Assembly: GCA_021498095.1 (NCBI GenBank)
Contig: JAIZWK010000001.1
Coordinates: forward strand, 900,001-932,000
DNA: 32,000 nt
Source: Candidatus Harpocratesius repetitus
GTDB lineage: Archaea > Asgardarchaeota > Lokiarchaeia > Sigyniarchaeales > Promethearchaeaceae
Reading direction: 5' to 3'
Position 1 is the stretch's first letter. Every line of letters starts with the position of its first letter. Positions 7,745-15,446 of the stretch are shown one piece after another. Under the pieces are notes generated by a model, which saw only the letters and a program-made list of their open reading frames with translations, made no database searches and was not told the origin of the DNA. The position numbers and the translations under genes were made by a program.

Positions 7745-9448
7745 TTACATGGGCCGGGTGAAGATGCGGACCGCTTGGGCATATTTTTTATATATGGGCA
7801 TTTTTTGCACTTCAGTCCAAGAGAGTCCTTGTGCTAACAACATGTGTAACTCCTCACGGTTTTTCCACCAAGTTTTCATTTTTGGATTTTTGGGGTCAAT
7901 TTCTATTTCATATTTTTTGGTATTGATATCAACGGTTGTGCTCATTACTCCATAAGTGGCTTTGGTGCGGGCGATCAATTCCGAATTGGTGAATCTGCAA
8001 CACCGTGCGAAGGATTTTTTCTTTCCGGTGTATTTCCAAATTTTCCAATTGAAATCAGGCACTTTAACATCTTTACCGAGTAAAAACAGTGCGATTTTCA
8101 ATGTATCTCCTTCAAATGCGTCGTAAAGACCCGGGTATTCTTGTTCAACGGCTTTTTTGACTTTGGGTAGGTTGAGGAGCGCCATAGCTTGAAACATGCG
8201 GAAAATTTCGTTGCTTATCAATCCAGGTTCGATCTTTGCAATTTTATCGGCGTTTTGATAATACCATTTCATGTGTGATGAGATACCGAATACAACGGTT
8301 GGAATACAATACTTTTCTACTTGAACTCCGACTTTTATATTCGTTTCTGGTCCGTAATTTTCCACCACGTAGTTTAAGTTAACAAGTACTTTACCTGCAT
8401 CGACGACTTCAAATGCTATGGGCCATCCATTAACTATCACAGCAAAATCGAGTTGCCCCGCATTACGAATATAATGATGGGACATAATCGACTGCATATC
8501 GTAGGGCCCTTTTAAATAGCCGAGCACATCCCCAAATTGACCTATACCTTCTCGAATACGAATGGCTTCAGCGATTTTGAAGAGCTCCAAGTAGGGAATG
8601 GTACGAGTTTCAAGCACGGACATAGTGCGGATGTTGCGTGTGCCTTCGGGGTCGGCAACGGTTCCCCAAAACATTTTGATATAAGCCGCTTTTGAATACA
8701 TCAACATGGGATTGATGTCGAGTTCGGATAATCGGTATAAAATCGGGGCATAGCGGCCCGAAAATGGTAAGCGATCTCCTCCATTGGCGGAGAAACAGTT
8801 ATAACGGTTCCAAATTGATTGAAAGAACCTACTGATTCCATCGAGTTTCACTATACGCTTTACACGGGTGAATGATTTTCCGTTCCATGTTTTTGACGGG
8901 TTATATTCTTCTGGGTTTCCTGTATAGTCCGAATTACCATTTTTGAATAGGTTTGGGGTATTCTCCAGAAAACCGAAGAGTTAAGCAAAGTATAGAATGA
9001 TGTGATCAAGCCCCATCATTTGTTCCAAGGTCATGGGCTCGAACCTGGTATCGCTTATGCCACCAAAATGGTCATTGATCGGTTCCACGAGGTCATCTTC
9101 AATGCCGGTAATGGATTGATAAAATCGATTATAGAATTCCATCACGATATAGATTTTATCTTTCTGGCCGATCTGATCGAGTTTCGGGCCAGTAATATAT
9201 TCATTTTTACTATTTGCAATGGGTTTACTGTATTTAATCAGCTTATTCAGAATGGTATAAAAGTTGGCCCATTTTTGGGCGAATTTACGATGGGCATTAT
9301 TTTCTTGTGTGCTCGAGGAAAGCATTATTTTTTCGGCAAAATCTTTACACCAATTATATCTTCCTTTAGATCTTCCTTTGGAAATTAGAATTTCCAAGTG
9401 AGAATTAGAATTGAGGCGAAAAATCATGATATTACCAAATTGAAGCAA
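7745..9448 (-). pseudogene. 567-codon frame interrupted by a single TAA (8981-8983); C-terminal part has a PD-(D/E)xK-like motif
   Basis: The 155-aa and 368-aa track ORFs share a frame (9448-8851=597). The 43 codons between them are stop-free (LFGFLENTPNLFKNGNSDYTGNPEEYNPSKTWNGKSFTRVKRI). GQLDFAVIVNGWPIAFEVVD resembles the D...E core of restriction-like nucleases. Confidence 0.55.
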
Positions 9449-9631
9449 GAATCTTACTAAATTAATAAATCAAATTAGAAATATTGTGTGTGTTTTGAAA
9501 TCAAAGAGATTCAAATGAAAAATCTACAATATTCAAGGATGGTAATAAAAAAAAAACTTAAATTTATGAAAAGTTCGGTTATACTCCGATTCTTTTCCAT
9601 ATTTGGTTTATCTCTATTTTTTAGATTTAAA

Positions 9632-10621
9632 TTATGATAAATTTTCCTCTTGTTTATAGATTTCAATGGCTAATTGCTGCAAAGCGCTTTCAACCTTTTC
9701 TCCTGTTTTTGCTGAAACTTCTATGAATCCAATCAAATTATGCTCTTTTACATACTTTAGTGCCTCATCTCGGGAGACTTTCCGCTCTAAATCAATTTTG
9801 TTTCCTACTAAAAGCGTGGGAATCCGCCCGACATTTTCTTCTAATTCTTCCAACCATTTGTCTAAATTACGAAACGATACGGGGTTATTTACATCATAAC
9901 ACAAAAGGCAACCTTTTGCATCCCGGTAATAAATACCCCGAATTTTTTCATAATGGACTTGACCTGCTGCATCCCAAAGATTGATTTTTGCCCGAAATCG
10001 ATATGTTCCTGAATATAAAATATCATTTGGTGTATATGTACAAATTATTTCTTTACTTCCAAAATCGACTCCTAATGTAGTTTTCAAATCTTGTTTAAAG
10101 TAATCATCAGTAAATCGCACTTTAATGGCGGTTTTTCCTGTAGCTGAATCTCCAATTTCAATAATTTTAAATGAATATTCATTTTTTAACAGCGATCTTA
10201 CTTCATGATTCGCCCAAGGTTCAATGTCTGCACCGGTAATCAAATCTTCTTGGATTTCTTCAATAGTTTCAAATTCAAGAATATATCCAAGAGAGTAGGT
10301 ATCACTTTCCATATTTTGCAGGGCGTTTCGATTCACATTTTTAATTTTTCCTGTGCAAGGAGAATTTAACGTGGTAATTCCATTTGTAGTTGTGATGACC
10401 GCAAAGGGTTCCCCAATTTTGACTGAAGTTTCAGAGAGAATTGCTAATTCCGTTGGTTTTTTCAAGAATGCAAAGCCTATCTGATCCAATCCAACAATTT
10501 TTTTGACCCGATCGACATAAACATGTTGCGTTTTCGAGTACAAGAGATGTTCGGGAAGAGAATATCTTCCATCTGCAATTATGACCAATGTTGAGCCGCT
10601 CCTAACAGTATATTGATCCAT
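9632..10621 (-). CDS. Fusion of a GcvH-like (glycine cleavage H fold) domain and a Rab-like small GTPase
   Basis: N-terminal YSLPEHLLYSKTQHVYV...VKIGEPFAVITTTNGITTLNSPCTGKIKNVN...DTYSLGYI follows the GcvH pattern. C-terminal G1 GDSATGKT, G2 TTLGVDF, G3 WDAAGQ, G4 NKID, G5 SAK, plus the Rab-type YYRDA. Confidence 0.88.
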   Translation of the reverse strand: MDQYTVRSGSTLVIIADGRYSLPEHLLYSKTQHVYVDRVKKIVGLDQIGFAFLKKPTELAILSETSVKIGEPFAVITTTNGITTLNSPCTGKIKNVNRNALQNMESDTYSLGYILEFETIEEIQEDLITGADIEPWANHEVRSLLKNEYSFKIIEIGDSATGKTAIKVRFTDDYFKQDLKTTLGVDFGSKEIICTYTPNDILYSGTYRFRAKINLWDAAGQVHYEKIRGIYYRDAKGCLLCYDVNNPVSFRNLDKWLEELEENVGRIPTLLVGNKIDLERKVSRDEALKYVKEHNLIGFIEVSAKTGEKVESALQQLAIEIYKQEENLS

Positions 10622-10763
10622 GCATTGAAATCCCTTATAAATTTTTGCTCACTGCTTTTACAGATGCTGTGAACTTCTTTCCATCCGAAAAATCGTTAAA
10701 AAAATATTGGAAAAATCAAAAAACAATATAAAATTTAACTTAAAATTGGTTGAAATTGATAAT

Positions 10764-12239
10764 TTATCCTTTTGTAACCCCAATCGGAACTAGTCGAGCT
10801 ACTTTTTTAATAATACCTAAATCATGACTTACATTTACGACTTGATCGATATTTTTGTATGCTAAAGGAGCTTCTTCTGCTAATACTTTTAAAGAAGCAG
10901 CTTTTACTGCAATTCCTTTTTGATTTAATTCTTGCTGAATATTCTTACCATAGAATTTACGCTTCGCTTTAGAACGACTCATTTCCCGCCCTCCACCATG
11001 GGCTGTGCTGGCAAAACTTAATTCCATTGCTTTTTCTTGACCAACACATAAATATGAAGCAGTTCCCATACTTCCTGGAATTAATACTGGTTGTCCGATA
11101 GATCTGTATTTTTCTGGTAAATCTGGATGATTGGGAGGAAATGCACGGGTGGCACCTTTTCGATGAACGTTAACCATCTCACGTTTTCCACCGCCTACAT
11201 CATGCTCTTCTATTTTTAAGATATTATGAGCAACATCATAAACCAATTCCATTTGTTCAGGTGGAATATGCAAAACTTCATTAAATGCTTCACGTGTCCA
11301 ATGCATTATAATATGCCTATTGGTATAGGCAAAATTTGCCGCAGCGCGCATTTGTGCTAAATAACGATCTGCTTCTTTTGTCCCAGAAATAACATAACTA
11401 AGTTCTCTGTCTGGAGGAACAATGTTTTTCCGATGCATCATATGATCAATTTCTTGTAGAGAGTCTGTGCAAATTTGATGACCCATAGCACGAGAACCGG
11501 TATGAATCATCACAGTTACTTGGTTTTCCACTATGCCCATGATTTTTGCGGCTTCTTCATCAAATATTTTCTCCACTCTTTGAATTTCAATAAAATGATT
11601 TCCTGATCCTAATGATCCTAATTGTCGGAGTCCTCGCGCTTTCGCCTTGTTTGAAACCAGACTAGAATCGGCTCCCACAGTTCGACCTTGATCTTCGCAG
11701 AAATATCGATCTTTATCAAATCCATAGCCATGCTTAATTGCCCAATCAATACCTTCATCTAAAACTTGATTTAAATCATTTTCTGTAATATGCAATTTTC
11801 CTTTTGATCCTAAACCACTGGGTATATGCCTAAATAAAGATTCTGTTAATGCAGGAATCTGTGGTGCAATATCTGAATAATTTAATCCAGTACGCAGCAA
11901 GCGCACTCCACAGTTGATATCATATCCAACACCTCCTGGACTTATAGCACCTCCATCAACACTTGTAGCTGCTACTCCTCCAATACAAAAACCATATCCT
12001 TGATGGGCATCAGACATAGCGATTACATGCTTACGAATCCCTGGTAGGCAGGCAACATTCGTAATTTGATCGATACTTCGATCATTCTTAATATGTTGCA
12101 TAAGATAGTCGTTTGCGTACACTCGCGCTGGTACTTTCATAGTAAAATTGTATATTTTTTCATTATACTTTATTACCTTCATTTCAGGTTCTATTTGGTA
12201 AATTCCTTCTGCTATTTTTTTTGGTATCATATAAATCAC
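10764..12239 (-). CDS. rtcB: RtcB tRNA-splicing RNA ligase
   Basis: DAHQGYGFCIGG, GYDINCG, GSGNHF, HTGSR, HNI, HRKGATRA, PGSMG, STAHGGGR; archaeal-type architecture. Confidence 0.97.
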   Translation of the reverse strand: MIYMIPKKIAEGIYQIEPEMKVIKYNEKIYNFTMKVPARVYANDYLMQHIKNDRSIDQITNVACLPGIRKHVIAMSDAHQGYGFCIGGVAATSVDGGAISPGGVGYDINCGVRLLRTGLNYSDIAPQIPALTESLFRHIPSGLGSKGKLHITENDLNQVLDEGIDWAIKHGYGFDKDRYFCEDQGRTVGADSSLVSNKAKARGLRQLGSLGSGNHFIEIQRVEKIFDEEAAKIMGIVENQVTVMIHTGSRAMGHQICTDSLQEIDHMMHRKNIVPPDRELSYVISGTKEADRYLAQMRAAANFAYTNRHIIMHWTREAFNEVLHIPPEQMELVYDVAHNILKIEEHDVGGGKREMVNVHRKGATRAFPPNHPDLPEKYRSIGQPVLIPGSMGTASYLCVGQEKAMELSFASTAHGGGREMSRSKAKRKFYGKNIQQELNQKGIAVKAASLKVLAEEAPLAYKNIDQVVNVSHDLGIIKKVARLVPIGVTKG

Positions 12240-12534
12240 TATATTAATAAATTGATAGGATTGAATCTGCTTAAATTGTTCACTAGAATTGAAAATTTGC
12301 TAAAGACATTGAAGATCAGTTGTAGTTAATTTGTAATCTTGATCACTCCATCAATTCCCATCAATATTTCAATGATAATGATCAAAGGATTCCCTCAGCA
12401 TAAAAAGTTAAGCTTTCAGAAATAAAATGGTTTTTAATAATATCTTTACATGTATTGAACCATTTTCTTTATATCATTCCCATATTTTTCCCCAATTGAT
12501 TAATTGTTTAAATCACTAGGTTAAAAAAAGACGT

Positions 12535-14022
12535 TTGCTTAATCTACCTATTATGCCATTTGACAGTGAAATTTCTTCAACTGAAAATGATTCGAAAAAA
12601 TCTCTTTTGGAAAAAAAACTAACCAAAAAATCTCCCTTTGCTTGGGAAAAATATGACGAAATCCAGAGAAAAGAAGTACGTTCTCTGGCTGCAGATTATC
12701 TTAAATTTTTAGGAAGTGCTAGAACTGAACGTGAACGAACTAAATGGGCTGTTCAAGAAGCTGAAAAGAACGGATTTAAACATGTAGAATTGGGTAAAGA
12801 TATTACAACTCTTAATCCTGGTGATAAAATCTATTATGTAAATAAATACAAGAATGTGGCTTTAGTTGTGATTGGAAAACATCCAATGACGGAAAGAACT
12901 CATTTAATTGGTTCACACATCGATACACCACGATTAGATTTGCGTGTGAATCCTTTGGTTGATGATAAACAAGCAGGGGTTGGTCTTTTTAAGACTCATT
13001 ATTATGGAGGAATTAAAAAATATCAATGGACCACCGTTCCTCTTCATTTAACTGGAATTGTGATAACGAAAGAAGGAAAACGGATAGAAATTGACATCGG
13101 GCGCGATCCCAACGATCCCGTTTTTACTATTCCAGATTTATTAATTCATCTTTCTTCTACAGTACAAGCTAAACGAACCATGAGGGAAGTTATTAAAGCG
13201 GAAGAAATGACTGTCATTGCTGGTGGATTACCAGTTTCGGATGATAAAGCCAAAGAAAAATTTAAATTGAATATTCTCAGCATTCTAAACGAAAAGTATG
13301 GATTGATTGAAGATGATTTTCAATCTGCAGAATTGAATTTAGTCTCAGGAATTCAACCACGCTATATAGGTTTTGATAAAAGCATGATTGGAGCTGCAGG
13401 CCATGATGATGGCGTCTGTGCTTGGACCAGTGTTCGAGCACTCTTTGATATTAATGAGATTCCACCATATACTTCAGTGGTTTGTTTTTTTGATAAGGAA
13501 GAAATTGGAAGTAATGGAGCAACAGGAGCAGAATCAAAATGGTTGTATTTTGTGATGAATGATATCATGGTTCGCACAGGCATTCCAGAAACAATTACAA
13601 ATCTACACTTGGCACTAACAAATAGCTTTGTGGTAAGTTCTGATGTTTCTGCCGCAGTTGATCCTGCTTTTAAGGCAGTTCATGATATTCAAAATGCAGC
13701 TGTTTTTGGTAAAGGTATAACCTTGGTGAAATACACTGGTTCTGGAGGAAAGTATTCTGCTAATGATGCAAATGCAGAAACAGTTGCATATATGCGGAAA
13801 GTATTTGAAGAAAAGAAAGTTCCATATCAAATGGGTCAATTAGGTGAAGTTGATAAAGGCGGAGGGGGAACTATTGCTAAGTATATGGCTGAAACTTTTA
13901 ATTGCGAAGTAATTGATGTTGGCACGCCTGTATTGAACATGCATAGCCCCTTTGAAATTGTGCATATTGCGGATGTATATGCTACATATCTCGGTTATTT
14001 GGCTTTCATTTTGCATGATTAA
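12535..14022 (+). CDS. M18 family aminopeptidase (likely ATG at 12553)
   Basis: GSHIDTPRLDL, THYYGGIKKYQW, HDDGVC, DKEEIGS, SSDV, GGGGTIA, NMHSPFE: M18 zinc ligands intact. Confidence 0.93.
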   Translation: MLNLPIMPFDSEISSTENDSKKSLLEKKLTKKSPFAWEKYDEIQRKEVRSLAADYLKFLGSARTERERTKWAVQEAEKNGFKHVELGKDITTLNPGDKIYYVNKYKNVALVVIGKHPMTERTHLIGSHIDTPRLDLRVNPLVDDKQAGVGLFKTHYYGGIKKYQWTTVPLHLTGIVITKEGKRIEIDIGRDPNDPVFTIPDLLIHLSSTVQAKRTMREVIKAEEMTVIAGGLPVSDDKAKEKFKLNILSILNEKYGLIEDDFQSAELNLVSGIQPRYIGFDKSMIGAAGHDDGVCAWTSVRALFDINEIPPYTSVVCFFDKEEIGSNGATGAESKWLYFVMNDIMVRTGIPETITNLHLALTNSFVVSSDVSAAVDPAFKAVHDIQNAAVFGKGITLVKYTGSGGKYSANDANAETVAYMRKVFEEKKVPYQMGQLGEVDKGGGGTIAKYMAETFNCEVIDVGTPVLNMHSPFEIVHIADVYATYLGYLAFILHD

Positions 14023-14205
14023 GGGATCTAATAGATCAATCATTATATATTATATTTTTCTTTTTTTTTCAGTTTTTGAAGTATGTAGCAATAAAATTTA
14101 AAATGAGAAAATTTGCATACAAATTAAACTTTTGATTAATATTAATATAAGTTGTAGGTTTGGGAAGAAATTATTGGACAATTGTCTTCTTTTTTTTTAA
14201 AAATT

Positions 14206-14304
14206 AGCCAGTGAAGGGGATTGAACCCTTGAACCTCTTGATTTTTCAGAATGAATGTCCATTCATAATACGAATCAAGCGCTATACCACTAAGCTACAC
14301 TGGC
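14206..14304 (-). tRNA. tRNA-Thr(CGT) with 26-nt intron at 37/38 (intron 14243-14268), no encoded CCA
   Basis: Acceptor GCCAGTG/CACTGGC, U73, anticodon stem CTTGA/TCAAG, loop TT-CGT-A|A, T arm AAGGG-TTCAATC-CCCTT. Intron TTATGAATGGACATTCATTCTGAAAA forms a BHB-like motif (TTCG pairs with TGAA) and an ATGAAT/ATTCAT hairpin. Confidence 0.95.
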
Positions 14305-14483
14305 GTAAAAAGGCGTAAGGCTTTAGTATTGGTTAAGTCAATAAACATTTCGTAACATTAAAAATTTTTGTTGATTGTCTATTAAAAAGCGTCAAATTTA
14401 GTGGTGATCTAATAAATTGCATGAGCGAATAAGTAATTATTATTAATTCTTTGGATAAACCAGGAAAAAATTATTTATTGTGC

Positions 14484-14798
14484 TTATTGAAACAAAATTT
14501 CAAGTTTTTCTAATGATAGACTGCAGACTTTTCGTACGCCATGACCACCAGGGCGATAATCGCAATTAATTAATTTGGCTTTTTGTAAAATGGCAATTTG
14601 GGCCGAGATATTGGCTTCTGTTTGCCCTAATTTGGCTGCAATTTCCGAAACATCCATTGCCGCCATAGTTAATTCCTTTAGTATTTTTTGTCGGGTGACA
14701 CTGGATAATGCTTTCGCAATTTTAACCAATTCTGGTGTTTCGAGTTGATATCCTGAGGAATCAATCCGATTATTTTGTATGTTTTGAATTATTTCCAT
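14484..14798 (-). CDS. ArsR/SmtB-family winged-helix transcriptional regulator
   Basis: IAKALSSVTRQKILKEL...MDVSEIAAKLGQTEANISAQIAILQKAKLI, a typical ArsR wHTH. Confidence 0.88.
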   Translation of the reverse strand: MEIIQNIQNNRIDSSGYQLETPELVKIAKALSSVTRQKILKELTMAAMDVSEIAAKLGQTEANISAQIAILQKAKLINCDYRPGGHGVRKVCSLSLEKLEILFQ

Positions 14799-14837
14799 TT
14801 TTCTCCTCTTTCCCTAATTATTTTTATTTAAAAATCT

Positions 14838-14864
14838 TATTAATAAATTCATAATTTATTAATA
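14838..14864. promoter_or_regulatory. Perfect 12-3-12 inverted repeat, candidate operator
   Basis: TATTAATAAATT-cat-AATTTATTAATA, 40 bp upstream of the ArsR start. All A/T arms, so a chance origin is possible. Confidence 0.4.
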
Positions 14865-15446
14865 TAATCTCATAATAATATAGAAAACTCTGTAATATAA
14901 GGCTATGGATTCATATTAGCCACTTATGAGTTGAATAAAATGAATTTATTTAAATAATTTGTATACAATGATTTCATTGAATTCATAATGATCATTTCAA
15001 AAGTAAAAAAAAATAAGATTAATTGCCATGCAATGTTTCAAATTTAAGAAGTGTAAAATGTATACATTGTCACATGATGGATGCAAAACCTAATTCTTAA
15101 TCAATAAAATTGATAAATGGTATTTCTTGGGAAGAATATATAATTTGGAACTAATATTTCGATTTATAATTTACAGATTCAATTTCCAATTTTTTTTAGG
15201 GGCAAATATCAGCAGTCCTCAACATAATCCGTTTGTATTATCATGAAATTGCATTTTTCACTAGAGTTTAAGTAAAACGCATCTAAATTAAAATAAAAGA
15301 TCTTCTAGATAATTATTCAGCAATATCTTCTAAATTTTCATTCAATTATTTGACCATCTCTTTTTTTTTTGATTTTCTAAATTTTTTAATACTAGTGAAG
15401 TGAAATCATATTATATTCAACCGATTTCAAAGGAGTTCCGACATAA

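Noticed and set aside
6670-7955. Short alternative ORFs in the island (6670-6888, 6701-6937, 7374-7565, 7550-7837, 7686-7955)
   Set aside because: Antisense or off-frame shadows of the longer ORFs, with no recognisable motifs.
8981-8983. Programmed recoding (Sec/Pyl) of the internal stop
   Set aside because: The codon is TAA; Sec uses TGA and Pyl uses TAG. All other genes here use TAA as a normal stop, so nonsense mutation or error is more economical.
5941-9100. attL/attR pair or an SSV-type split integrase
   Set aside because: The two segments are only about 63% identical with protein-level conservation, not an identical core, and no tyrosine-recombinase motifs are visible.
9002-9984. Plus-strand ORFs 9002-9388, 9666-9899 and 9760-9984
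   Set aside because: Antisense to better-supported minus-strand genes; the paralog conservation is in the minus-strand frame.
12240-12534. Archease gene upstream of rtcB
   Set aside because: Hand translation of the minus strand across 12240-12400 gives only short stop-rich frames, and the track has no ORF of archease size here.
15028-15093. 21-codon Cys-containing peptide MQCFKFKKCKMYTLSHDGCKT
   Set aside because: No SD, too short, and no recognisable metal-binding spacing.
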